Below are positions 28,000-37,552 of a stretch of DNA of 50,201 bases, piece by piece. Source of the DNA: a virus (Duplodnaviria; Caudoviricetes); the IMG/VR virus record IMGVR_UViG_3300017778_001537, positions 1-50,201 of that record; one strand, written 5' to 3'. Numbering within the stretch: position 1 is the first letter of the stretch; each line of letters begins with the position of its first letter. The notes beneath the pieces were generated by a model, which saw nothing but the letters and a program-made list of their open reading frames with translations, was not told where the DNA came from and made no database searches. The position numbers and the translations under genes are program-made.

Positions 28000-29029
28000 T
28001 CGTTTTAGCCAGTTTTTAGTGGAAGAAGAAAAGGTGGTTTACTTTACCTTTGGTAGAATGAACCCGCCGACTAATGGTCATGGTAAACTGCTAGAAGCGC
28101 TGGCGTCGAAAGCTGGACGCAACCCATACAAGATCTTCCTATCACAGTCGAATGATCCTGCAAAGAACCCCTTATCATACTCAGACAAGATCAAGCACGT
28201 TCGCAAGATGTTTCCAAAGCATGCGCGCAACGTAATGATCAACAAAGATGTACGAACGGCTATTGAAGCTGTTGTTGCTCTGTACGATCAAGGGTTCCGT
28301 AAGGTTGTTATGGTTGTTGGATCAGATCGCGTCACAGAGTTTGATACACTACTGCAGAAGTATAACGGCAAAGAAGCTCGTCACGGTTTCTATAACTTTG
28401 CTGAGATCAAAGTAATCTCTGCTGGTGAACGTGATCCTGATGCTGAGGGCGTTGAGGGGGTATCTGCATCTAAGCAACGTGCTTATGTTAAAGAGAATGA
28501 CTTTATTGGATTCTCCCAAGGTGTTCCATCAACCATGTCGACTAACGATGCTCGTAGATTATTCAATGATGTTCGTAAGGGTATGGGTCTTTTAGAAGAG
28601 ACACACTTCAAACACCACGTTAAACTAGCATCTGTAAACGAGACTCGTGAGAAGTATGTCAAGGGTCAGCTATTTAACATTGGTGATCAAGTTATCATTA
28701 AAGAGTCTGACGAGGTTGGAACAGTTACTGTTCTTGGATCCAACTACTTGATCGTTGAGACTGCTGATGGTAGAAAGCTACGCAAGTGGCTGGATAAGGT
28801 TGAGTTGGTTGAGAAGAAGACTGACAAATGGTATAAGAACCAGCCAGAGTGGGGCACACCAGAAGCTACTAAGAAAGCAAAGGTTGTTACTCCTGGTCAA
28901 GGTGTAAAAGAAGAATCTAAGGGGCTGTGGTACAATATCCAACAGCGCCGTAAAAAGGGATTACCAAGGTTGAAGCCTGGTGACAAGAATTATCCCAAAA
29001 CGCTAGACATAGAAGAGAGTGGTAGATGA
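27992..29029 (+). CDS. HIGH-family nucleotidyltransferase (T4-like phage 'cytidyltransferase')
   Basis: FTFGRMNPPTNGH, KNPL, VVGSDR, SAGERDPDA..VSASK. Confidence 0.85.
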   Translation: MINRFSQFLVEEEKVVYFTFGRMNPPTNGHGKLLEALASKAGRNPYKIFLSQSNDPAKNPLSYSDKIKHVRKMFPKHARNVMINKDVRTAIEAVVALYDQGFRKVVMVVGSDRVTEFDTLLQKYNGKEARHGFYNFAEIKVISAGERDPDAEGVEGVSASKQRAYVKENDFIGFSQGVPSTMSTNDARRLFNDVRKGMGLLEETHFKHHVKLASVNETREKYVKGQLFNIGDQVIIKESDEVGTVTVLGSNYLIVETADGRKLRKWLDKVELVEKKTDKWYKNQPEWGTPEATKKAKVVTPGQGVKEESKGLWYNIQQRRKKGLPRLKPGDKNYPKTLDIEESGR

Positions 29030-30672
29030 AGTCATTCTTTGACCTTAGTAGAAAAACAGTAGTAGAGTCTGCAGACGGTTTAAGTCAGTGGCAAAATAAA
29101 GAGCCTGTAAAGTATGTAAAGCATCTTTCAAAGTTTTTTGGCCAACCCGAAGAACTAACCAATAAGAGAGCTATATGGTATAATAAAGACGGGTTCAAAA
29201 GAATTGAAATTTTGGATGAGTTTATATTACACACTTCCCCATTACCACATTATGATTATGTCTATTCGTATGTAGATATTAAAGTGCCACATGAGTTGTC
29301 TGACGATTTAGCTATGAGTAGTGAAAGTATATTGATTGATCATTTAAAGGGTGAGGTTGGCGGGCGTTGCGCTAGTCTAAGTGCTAATGCTGCAACAATT
29401 CAGTATGTCATAGATGTTGTTGAGGGTAACGTAAAACCATCAAAGGCTGAATATGAAAAACGAATCAAAGCTATGCATGCAATGTTTGACAGTGGTAAGA
29501 CATATAAACTAGATTGGTGGCCTGATGAAACAAAGGACACAGATCCTAATAACAAGTATTATAAAGAGGAAATTTATATGAAATTGTTTTTTGAACTGAG
29601 AGAAAAGCATCTTACCCCTGCTGAGATGAAGAAGCGTGAAGAAGTTGCAAAAGCAATGTCCCGCGACAATCCAAATATGCCTATGGGTAAGAAGATGGCA
29701 ATTGCTACAGCTACTGCTAAGAAGGTTGCTGAGGCAAAAGATCCTGGGGAGTACGACTACGAAGGGGACATGGCAAAGAACAATTTGAAAACAATTTGCC
29801 GTGCATCTGGCGAAATGGCTGACATGCTAGATGAGAACACAAATCTTCCAGAGTGGGTACAATCAAAGATCACTCTTGCTGAGGATTACATTTCATCAGC
29901 TTACAACTACATGATGAGTGAAGCAGAAGAGATGGACGAGGGTACTGAGGATGTATCTTCTGTGGGTAGTAGATCGCTAGCTCGTATTGCTAACACTGTA
30001 GGCCATCCTGGAGCTGCGGCGGCAAAGAATGAGCTAGCCCGTCGCCGGATGAAGAATGAAGAAACAAAACTTAATGAAATTTCAAAGGGCACACTTGGTA
30101 AGTATATCAAGTTGGCCGGACACGATCGTGAACAGCGTCTAAAGAGTGCTGACAAACTTGCTAATGTGGGTCACAACATAAAGAGTAACGATCCTGAGCA
30201 TGCTAACAAACTATTCACCAAAGCTGGTAGAGAGTTTGAAAAGGCTGCTAACAGAAAAGCTGGTATTAACAAGGCAGTTAACAAGTTGGTTGGTGAAGAA
30301 GTTGAACTTGGTGAAGCCAAGCCAGGACTCTATGCAAATATTAATGCTAAGAGAAAGCGTATTGAAGCTGGATCTGGTGAACGTATGCGTAAGCCAGGAA
30401 GCAAAGGTGCACCAAGCACAAGCGATTTTAAAGACGCAGCAAAAACCGCTATAAGAAAGCATAAAACATTCACAGAAGCTAGTGAAGATTATGTTTACAA
30501 AACACAATCGGCTGCAAGAAAAGCATTTAAAGAAAATGATAGAATGCGCAGATCCGAGGGTGGAGCTAAATACAGTATAGATGATGCAGAAGAGGCTTTT
30601 GCTGACATGGTTTCTTATTGGATTAAAGATAAGTACGTGCCTAAAACTGCTTCAAACTGGACATTGTACTAA
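29026..30672 (+). CDS. multi-module putative internal head protein (second start at 29578)
   Basis: modules separated by E-cleavage-like sites; internal GAGG SD plus MKLFFELRE. Confidence 0.7.
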   Translation: MKSFFDLSRKTVVESADGLSQWQNKEPVKYVKHLSKFFGQPEELTNKRAIWYNKDGFKRIEILDEFILHTSPLPHYDYVYSYVDIKVPHELSDDLAMSSESILIDHLKGEVGGRCASLSANAATIQYVIDVVEGNVKPSKAEYEKRIKAMHAMFDSGKTYKLDWWPDETKDTDPNNKYYKEEIYMKLFFELREKHLTPAEMKKREEVAKAMSRDNPNMPMGKKMAIATATAKKVAEAKDPGEYDYEGDMAKNNLKTICRASGEMADMLDENTNLPEWVQSKITLAEDYISSAYNYMMSEAEEMDEGTEDVSSVGSRSLARIANTVGHPGAAAAKNELARRRMKNEETKLNEISKGTLGKYIKLAGHDREQRLKSADKLANVGHNIKSNDPEHANKLFTKAGREFEKAANRKAGINKAVNKLVGEEVELGEAKPGLYANINAKRKRIEAGSGERMRKPGSKGAPSTSDFKDAAKTAIRKHKTFTEASEDYVYKTQSAARKAFKENDRMRRSEGGAKYSIDDAEEAFADMVSYWIKDKYVPKTASNWTLY

Positions 30673-30938
30673 TGTTAAGATTTAAAACATTTACTGAGGC
30701 AACATATCAAGGAAAGAAGGTTGCATTAAACAAACCTTCTGCTGGGGATGTAAAAAAGTCAAAAGTATTTGTTGATGTTGATGGTGATGGTAAGGCTACT
30801 AAAGTAAACTTCGGCGATCCAAATATGACTATTAAGAAGGATAACCCTGCTCGTCGACGCTCGTTTAGAGCTAGACATAATTGTGATGATCCAGGTCCAA
30901 AGGACAAAGCGCGCTATTGGTCTTGCAAAGCCTGGTAG
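30672..30938 (+). CDS. DUF6321-like basic protein
   Basis: MLRFKTFTE; KVNFGDPNM.IK.DNPARR.SFRARHNC...ARYWSC..W. Confidence 0.75.
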   Translation: MLRFKTFTEATYQGKKVALNKPSAGDVKKSKVFVDVDGDGKATKVNFGDPNMTIKKDNPARRRSFRARHNCDDPGPKDKARYWSCKAW

Positions 30939-30972
30939 CATAAATAACCACAAATTCTATGGGAATCACAAA

Positions 30973-31251
30973 ATGACTGATATAAACGAATCAAGACTAA
31001 ACAGAATTGAAGATAAAATTGATAGATTGGCTGATGCATTGGTATTAATTGCTCGAACAGATGAAAAGCTAATCTCGATGGAACAGAAGTATGCTGCTCA
31101 ATACGAGCGTCTGAATCGGTTCTCTCAAAAAGTTGATGAAATAGAAAAGCTAGTAGAATCTAACAACCAGACTGTTGTATTGGTCAACAAAGTTGTTGGA
31201 GCAATCGCCATCGCAGCAATCGGTGCGTGGGCAACCCAGTACTTCATGTAA
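30973..31251 (+). CDS. coiled-coil protein with C-terminal TM (holin/XhlA-like)
   Basis: RLNRIEDKIDRL; hydrophobic C-terminus. Confidence 0.6.
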   Translation: MTDINESRLNRIEDKIDRLADALVLIARTDEKLISMEQKYAAQYERLNRFSQKVDEIEKLVESNNQTVVLVNKVVGAIAIAAIGAWATQYFM

Positions 31252-31262
31252 GGATATAAAAA

Positions 31263-32441
31263 ATGAAGACACAAGACATTAGAAACATGGGACTTGCTTA
31301 CCTCGAAGTCCTAGAAGGCAAAGATAGTGCAGCTAGAAGAGCTCAGAAGGCAGCTTGGGACGCAGAGGATAATGCGGTCCTAGCTAAAGCTCACGCAGTT
31401 AACAAGCATGGTCACGATCACGTTGGTCAAGAAGACGATGATGTCAACAATGACAAGAAAACGGACAGCACCGACAAGTATCTGTTAAACCGTCGTAAGG
31501 CAATCTCTGCAAACATCCGCAAGGAAGAGACAGAGGAAGTTGATGAAGCAGCAAAAGCACAAACACTATCTGCTCTTACTGGAAAAGCATCTCCAATTGA
31601 TGATTACGCAGACATGATTGCCAAATTTAAAGCAAAGGGTGGCAGCGTAACTAAAGTGGCATCAAAAGAACTTGATGATAAAGAAAAAGCAAAACTAAGC
31701 GCTACGTTTGGAAAAACTGGTGGTAAAGGTGGTTCGGCCATGGCTACTGGTGAATTTGCATCTATGAATAAAAGAGATGCAAAATATAATGCAAAGCAAG
31801 CTAATGCTCGTAAAAAATCAATGGGTATGAAAGAAGAAGCTGATATTGATGAAGCTAAAAAGGCAAAACCTGGCCACAATGCTTCAGTGATGGCAAAGAA
31901 TATTGACAAAGTTCTTGCAGCAGTGAAAAAAGAAGAAATTGAGCTTGATGAAATCTCTGCTAACACTCTTGGTAAGTATTCTATCAAGGCTGCTCAGCAA
32001 CGTGGCTCAGATAAACGTGTAGCTGGTCAAAAGATGGCTGATGATAAAGTTCGTAAGAAGTATGGATATTCATCATCTGCAAAGGTCGCAGCAGAATCTA
32101 CAGAGTGGCCAGTCTTTGCACGCATTCAAGAAAAGCTAACGCTACCTTCGTATAAGGTATCTGGCACCGGTGATGATCCACACGAGGTCACAGTAAAGTT
32201 TGCTACAGACCCACACACTAAGGGTGCTACTGCTCCTGAGAAGATCGACTCAAAGGCATCTGATGGTGAGAAGGATTGGGTTAAACTTCATGGTGGTCTA
32301 AATGGTAATGAATCTGGCATCAATGCAAAAGATTATACTGCCAAGAATGCTATTGCTCACACAAACAACGTTAAGGTTGCTCCTGGCCGTCATAATGATC
32401 AAAAGATTGGTGACAAAGCTCCATTGAAGTCTAAGAGCTAA
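31263..32441 (+). CDS. multi-module putative internal head protein
   Basis: repeated EE.E.DE linkers between basic modules; ISANTLGKY resembles ISKGTLGKY in 29026..30672. Confidence 0.65.
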   Translation: MKTQDIRNMGLAYLEVLEGKDSAARRAQKAAWDAEDNAVLAKAHAVNKHGHDHVGQEDDDVNNDKKTDSTDKYLLNRRKAISANIRKEETEEVDEAAKAQTLSALTGKASPIDDYADMIAKFKAKGGSVTKVASKELDDKEKAKLSATFGKTGGKGGSAMATGEFASMNKRDAKYNAKQANARKKSMGMKEEADIDEAKKAKPGHNASVMAKNIDKVLAAVKKEEIELDEISANTLGKYSIKAAQQRGSDKRVAGQKMADDKVRKKYGYSSSAKVAAESTEWPVFARIQEKLTLPSYKVSGTGDDPHEVTVKFATDPHTKGATAPEKIDSKASDGEKDWVKLHGGLNGNESGINAKDYTAKNAIAHTNNVKVAPGRHNDQKIGDKAPLKSKS

Positions 32442-32503
32442 GTATATTGCCGGACTGCTAACATCTGCAATGTAATTATACCCCGATTGGTCAAAAAGAC
32501 AAC

Positions 32504-32869
32504 ATGAAAAATTTTGAATTGACAGAAGAAAACCTCTTGATCTACGCTGCTAAACACTATTACAATCCTAAGTTTATAGATGCAGAAGAGTTTTACGAAG
32601 ACCTAAAACGCTTTAAGTATATCAAGAGGCTTCTCAATCGCTACGAAGAAACAGGCAAAATATCTGAGCGATTAATTATCAATCATCTAATTGTTGTCTT
32701 CAACGTATTTGGAATTGAGGCTGGTTTAAAAATTCTAGAGCTAAAGCTAGATAAACAGTACTGGCCTCAAATCAAACCCTTTCTAATATTCCTTCGATAT
32801 ATTCGCAACGATCAGTACACCAGTATTTCTATGGATCAGGTTGTTGTTGACGCACTAAGGCAGATATAA
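32504..32869 (+). CDS. conserved T4-like phage hypothetical protein
   Basis: YAAKHY.NP....EEFYEDLKRFKYIKRL..RY...ERLIINH. Confidence 0.8.
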   Translation: MKNFELTEENLLIYAAKHYYNPKFIDAEEFYEDLKRFKYIKRLLNRYEETGKISERLIINHLIVVFNVFGIEAGLKILELKLDKQYWPQIKPFLIFLRYIRNDQYTSISMDQVVVDALRQI

Positions 32870-33456
32870 TGTCTCTATTAAAACGAGCTGGCGACCTCTT
32901 TTACACATTCCGGTTTCTCAAATTACTTGTAACTAAGTTTGAGGATACTGATGCGTTTAAGATGGGAATTATTGATAAAGATGGTAAGCGAGTCAAGAGT
33001 GTCCAGATCACAACGCCTGAACAGCGAGATGTTTATACTGCATTCCATAGACTCGTTTACAACATCAAAAAGATACTGAATAAGGTTCCTGGAGGCAGCA
33101 CTACCATTGGAACATATGCCGCCGCTCTATACTTGTTAAAAGAGCGCTACGGCGTGTCTGAACCGCATATAGAACGAGCACTAAAACAATTTGGAATAGA
33201 CCCACTTGACTTCTTAGTTGAGCAATCGCAGTGGTTTATTTTAGAACATGGCCGCCTGTCGCCTGGTAACTACAAGCTGCAAAATGATAAAGTTGTTAAT
33301 TCAACAATAGATGATGTTGTCAAGGCAAAAGATTGTGTGCGAGTTGATGAAAATTGTTACCCAACTGGAATGTTGTTTGGCCTAAATATCTACGAAGCAA
33401 CACACATTAAGACCAATCAAAAAGTCTATGTTACTACATCGGAGCTGTTAAGATGA
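32869..33456 (+). CDS. conserved T4-like phage hypothetical protein
   Basis: YTFRFLKLLVT.F..TDAFK.GIID.DG; YT.FHRLVYNIK. Confidence 0.8.
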   Translation: MSLLKRAGDLFYTFRFLKLLVTKFEDTDAFKMGIIDKDGKRVKSVQITTPEQRDVYTAFHRLVYNIKKILNKVPGGSTTIGTYAAALYLLKERYGVSEPHIERALKQFGIDPLDFLVEQSQWFILEHGRLSPGNYKLQNDKVVNSTIDDVVKAKDCVRVDENCYPTGMLFGLNIYEATHIKTNQKVYVTTSELLR

Positions 33457-33872
33457 AACCAGTAGATGAAGAGCTTCTTAATGAAGCTATCAGCGCAGAT
33501 TCTAAAATAGACTTGCAAAAAATAATTGCTATGTATAAAAAAACAAGGCCAAGCGATGTAAAAGGTGCAGCAGCGAGAGATAGAGAACTTGAAGTTTATA
33601 AAATGCGCATAGCCAATGGCATGACATTAGCGCAAGTGGCAAAAGAATTAAATATTACTGCGGCCCGAGTTAGACAAATTGAATTAAAAGCTCTCAGTAG
33701 ATTTAAAAAAATTACTGACAAGTTGAAAGAAGACGCCCCAGCAACATCAGTCGCCAATAATTCTGTTGACTTATCGCCTGGAGTTAAGCAAATTGTAATG
33801 ACAGATCGCCGCTACGATCCTAGAAAGCCTCCTGTGCTTCTAAAGAAATTCAGAAAATACATCGAGAAGTAA
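33453..33872 (+). CDS. protein containing a sigma70 region-4 HTH
   Basis: RELEVYKMR....MTLAQVAKELNITAARVRQIELKAL matches the RpoD r4.2 pattern TLEEVG....VTRERIRQIEAKAL. Confidence 0.8.
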   Translation: MKPVDEELLNEAISADSKIDLQKIIAMYKKTRPSDVKGAAARDRELEVYKMRIANGMTLAQVAKELNITAARVRQIELKALSRFKKITDKLKEDAPATSVANNSVDLSPGVKQIVMTDRRYDPRKPPVLLKKFRKYIEK

Positions 33873-33873
33873 T

Positions 33874-34254
33874 ATGATGAGAATTTACATCGCTTTGGCA
33901 GTTGTGGCAATTGTGTCTGCAGTATCGTTTGCAGGTTATAAGTATGTCACCAACATGCAAAACACCATTATAACTCTAACAGCTAACAATCAACTACTTA
34001 CCAACACTGTAGAGACTCAGCAAGAAACAATTAAACGCTCACAACTTGCAGCACGTCAATCGCAAGAGACCGCAAGAGTGTTAACTGTAAATCTACAAGA
34101 AGCTGAACAAGGGTTGGATGAGCTGAAACAAAAATTGACAAACCACGACTTAACCAAGTTGACAATTGCTAAGCCTGGTTTAATAGAAAATAGGATTAAC
34201 AATGCTACTCAAGAACTTTTTGATAGGCTTCGCTCTGATACTGGCGCTAACTAG
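33874..34254 (+). CDS. i-spanin (Rz-like)
   Basis: N-terminal TM plus coiled coil, overlaps a lipoprotein gene. Confidence 0.8.
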   Translation: MMRIYIALAVVAIVSAVSFAGYKYVTNMQNTIITLTANNQLLTNTVETQQETIKRSQLAARQSQETARVLTVNLQEAEQGLDELKQKLTNHDLTKLTIAKPGLIENRINNATQELFDRLRSDTGAN

Positions 34255-34558
34255 TTGTTCTGCGCCTGACCCACAAGTGGTTGTTGAGACACAATATGTC
34301 GAGCGAACCATACCTACACAGCCTCGTCCAAAGCCAGTACAGTTGGCGGATGTTCAGTGGTATGTTGTCACTGAAAAAAACCTCGAAGAATTCCTAAAAA
34401 CGTTTGAAAAAGAGAATGGACCTGTTGCCTTTATGGCTATATCTGTGCGAGGATATGAGAATCTATCCTTGAACGTGCAGGAGCTGCGTAGATACATCAA
34501 TCAGCAAGGACAACTGATTGTATACTACGAAACAATGGCTGTTGAACCTACAGAATAA
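34202..34558 (+). CDS. o-spanin (Rz1-like lipoprotein)
   Basis: lipobox LTSC, Pro-rich segment, overlaps i-spanin. Confidence 0.8.
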   Translation: MLLKNFLIGFALILALTSCSAPDPQVVVETQYVERTIPTQPRPKPVQLADVQWYVVTEKNLEEFLKTFEKENGPVAFMAISVRGYENLSLNVQELRRYINQQGQLIVYYETMAVEPTE

Positions 34559-34569
34559 AAATATATTTT

Positions 34570-34607
34570 GCCCTGCACAAACACCTGTTGTGCAGGGCGC
34601 ACTTTTT
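34570..34607 (+). terminator. probable terminator hairpin
   Basis: GCCCTGCACAA...TTGTGCAGGGC then GCACTTTTT. Confidence 0.55.
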
Positions 34608-34653
34608 CTATATAATAGTTCAATAACATAATCAACATAAGGTCGTATCAATA

Positions 34654-35889
34654 ATGGTTGAGTACGTAGTTAAACGGGACGGGTCGAGAGAGCCGTTTGC
34701 CCGAGAGAAAATTGTTGTCGCTGTCGAGAAGGCGATGAAATCTATCAAGATCTCTAGTAAGAGTCTTCCCAAGGAAATTGCAGACGAGGCAGTCAAGCGT
34801 CTCGAAGGTGAAGAAGTTGCAGAAGTGAACAACATTCACAAGACTGTTGAAAATGTTATTATGGATATGGGTATTCACAATCTGGCGCGTGAGTACATCG
34901 TCTATCGCGCAAAGAACATGCCAGACATCTTCCGTAAGCGTCAGAACCTCAAGCCATATGAATATCCACAGTTGATTGAGTATCTCGAAGCTATCCGTCA
35001 CTCGTACTGGATTCATACCGAGTTCAACTACTCTGGTGACATCCAAGACATGAAAGTCCGACTGACACCAGAAGAAGCAGATATTGTTAAGCGTGCAATG
35101 CTTGCTATCTCTCAGATCGAAGTTCAGGTAAAGACATTCTGGACCAAGATTGGTGATAGAATGCCAAAGCCAGAAGTGCAAGCTGTTGGTGTAACATTTG
35201 GTGAGTCTGAAGTTCGTCATGCTGATGCATACTCTAATTTGATTGAGATGCTTGGCTTGAACAAGGACTTTGAAAATCTTGTTGAAGTTCCAGCAATCAA
35301 GAAGCGTATGGCTTATCTCGAGCAGGCTATGGTAACTCCTATCGAGAATAAAGACTACTTCCACAACATCATCCTGTTCTCAATGTTTGTAGAGAACGTC
35401 TCGTTGTTCTCACAATTCCTAATTATGATGGCGTTCAATAAGCACCGCAACGTGCTCAAGGGTATCTCAAACGCTGTTGAAGCTACTTCCAAAGAAGAAG
35501 ATGTTCACGCTCGCTTTGGTTTCGAGCTTGTTAACATTATTAAAGCAGAAAACCCATCGTGGTGGGACAAAGAAACTATCCAAGCAATCAACTCACTTGC
35601 TAAGGATGCCTTCAAGGCTGAATCTGCAATTGTTGATTGGATCTATGGCAACACCGATCTTGACTTCTTGCCTAAGGACACCGTCAAGGAGTTCCTCAAG
35701 CATCGGTTTAACCAGTCGCTTAATGCTATTGATTTGAAGAGTATCTACGAGGTTGATCCAAAGGCAATCGTTGACACAGAATGGTTTATAGATGAGACTT
35801 TGAGCACAAAGAACGTTGACTTCTTCGTTAAGAGAAGCACAGCATATTCCAAAAAGACTAAATCATTCACAGAAGACGATCTATTTTAA
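34654..35889 (+). CDS. nrdB: ribonucleotide reductase beta subunit with N-terminal ATP-cone (NrdBi / class Id-like)
   Basis: VVKRDG ATP-cone; QIEVQVKTFW, ESEVRHADAY, VENVSLFSQF, EEDVH. Confidence 0.95.
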   Translation: MVEYVVKRDGSREPFAREKIVVAVEKAMKSIKISSKSLPKEIADEAVKRLEGEEVAEVNNIHKTVENVIMDMGIHNLAREYIVYRAKNMPDIFRKRQNLKPYEYPQLIEYLEAIRHSYWIHTEFNYSGDIQDMKVRLTPEEADIVKRAMLAISQIEVQVKTFWTKIGDRMPKPEVQAVGVTFGESEVRHADAYSNLIEMLGLNKDFENLVEVPAIKKRMAYLEQAMVTPIENKDYFHNIILFSMFVENVSLFSQFLIMMAFNKHRNVLKGISNAVEATSKEEDVHARFGFELVNIIKAENPSWWDKETIQAINSLAKDAFKAESAIVDWIYGNTDLDFLPKDTVKEFLKHRFNQSLNAIDLKSIYEVDPKAIVDTEWFIDETLSTKNVDFFVKRSTAYSKKTKSFTEDDLF

Positions 35890-35899
35890 GGAGAAACGA

Positions 35900-37552
35900 A
35901 TGGCATTTGATTGGCTTAATGATCAATCACGCGCATTCCTCTCACGTGGCTATTTGTTAGAAGGACAGACAGCCGAGCAACGTGTAAGGATTATTGCGGA
36001 CACAGCAGAGAAGCATCTTGGTATCAAGGGCTTTGCTGATAAGTTCTACGACTATATGGGGCGAGGGTTCTATTCCCTCGCTTCACCAATTTGGTCTAAC
36101 TATGGCACTGACAGAGGACTTCCTGTCTCTTGCTTTGGATCGTACATTGACGATCATATGGAGTCTATCCTTCATGGCACCGCTGAAAACGGTATGCTAA
36201 TGAAAACTGGGGGTGGCACATCAGGTTACTTTGGTGCCGTGCGTCCTAGAGGTGCTCCTATTCGCAATAACGGTGAATCTTCTGGTTCAGTACACTTCAT
36301 GGAGCTGTTTGATAAGCTAGCTTCCGTGATCTCGCAAGGCAATGTTCGTCGTGGATTCTTTTCTCCTTACCTACCAATCGATCATAAAGATGCTGATGAG
36401 TTTCTCGATGTTGGCACAGAAGGTCACCCTATCCAAGGTCTAACAACTGGTGTTACTGTATCTGATGCGTTCTTGGAGCGCATGAAGGCAGGTGAGCCTG
36501 AGGCTCGTCGTTTGTGGGCTAAGGTTCTACAGAGACGTTCTGAGGTTGGCTATCCATACATCTTCTTCTCTGACAATGTAAACAAAGGTAAGCCAGACGT
36601 CTACAAAGATCATATGATGACAATCTGGGCATCTAATATGTGTACAGAGATTGCATTACCATCGTCAGTAGATGAGACATTTACTTGCGTGTTATCTTCG
36701 TTGAATCTGGTTATGTGGGAAGAGATTGAAAAGACAGACGCTGTCGAAGCTCTAATCATGTTCCTTGACACAGTTGTTACTGAGTTTGTTCAGAAGACAG
36801 AGGGCATGAAGTACTTTGAACGTGCTCGTCGTTTTGCTGAACGTCACCGTGCTCTTGGAGCTGGTGTGCTTGGTTGGCATTCGTTCTTGCAGTCGAAGAT
36901 GATTGCATTTGAGTCTGCAGAAGCCGCTAAGTTGAACCTTCATATTGCCAAGACTATTCGCGCACGTGCTGATATAGCATCTGTTGCATTGGCTGCTAAG
37001 TTTGGTGAGCCTGAGCTGTTAAAGGGATACAGTCGTCGTAACACAACTCTTCTTGCTATTGCACCAACCAAGTCCAGCAGCTTTATACTTGGTCAGGTTT
37101 CTCAGTCGATCGAGCCAGAGTTCTCTAACTGCTATGTTAAGGATCTTGCAAAGGCAAAGGTAACTATCAAGAACCCATACTTGACTAAGTTGCTACAAGA
37201 GAAGGGTCAAGACACTCACGAGGTGTGGGACTCAATCAAGAACATGGACGGATCTGTTCAGCATTTGAACATCTTGACTCAAGAAGAAAAAGATGTGTTT
37301 AAGACGTTTGCAGAGATTGATCCTGAGGCAATTATCACTCAGGCAAGCGTCCGTCAAACATATATAGATCAGGCGCAAAGTATCAACCTCATGCTTGATC
37401 CCGACACGCCTGTAAAGGAAATTAATGCTCTTTATTTGCTTGCGTGGAAAATGGGTATCAAGAGTCTGTATTACAGCTTCTCAATGTCCAAAGCCCAATC
37501 ACTAACACGTAAGCGAGTAATGAGCCAAAGTTGTGCTGCGTGCGAGGGATAA
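35900..37552 (+). CDS. nrdA: ribonucleotide reductase alpha subunit lacking ATP-cone
   Basis: PVSCF, GGGTS, SNMCTEI, AIAPT, KSLYY, C-terminal CAACEG. Confidence 0.96.
   Translation: MAFDWLNDQSRAFLSRGYLLEGQTAEQRVRIIADTAEKHLGIKGFADKFYDYMGRGFYSLASPIWSNYGTDRGLPVSCFGSYIDDHMESILHGTAENGMLMKTGGGTSGYFGAVRPRGAPIRNNGESSGSVHFMELFDKLASVISQGNVRRGFFSPYLPIDHKDADEFLDVGTEGHPIQGLTTGVTVSDAFLERMKAGEPEARRLWAKVLQRRSEVGYPYIFFSDNVNKGKPDVYKDHMMTIWASNMCTEIALPSSVDETFTCVLSSLNLVMWEEIEKTDAVEALIMFLDTVVTEFVQKTEGMKYFERARRFAERHRALGAGVLGWHSFLQSKMIAFESAEAAKLNLHIAKTIRARADIASVALAAKFGEPELLKGYSRRNTTLLAIAPTKSSSFILGQVSQSIEPEFSNCYVKDLAKAKVTIKNPYLTKLLQEKGQDTHEVWDSIKNMDGSVQHLNILTQEEKDVFKTFAEIDPEAIITQASVRQTYIDQAQSINLMLDPDTPVKEINALYLLAWKMGIKSLYYSFSMSKAQSLTRKRVMSQSCAACEG

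Noticed and set aside
34648-35364. 238-aa minus-strand ORF (and the other minus-strand ORFs in the track)
   Set aside because: They overlap well-supported + strand genes; the window is uniformly + strand
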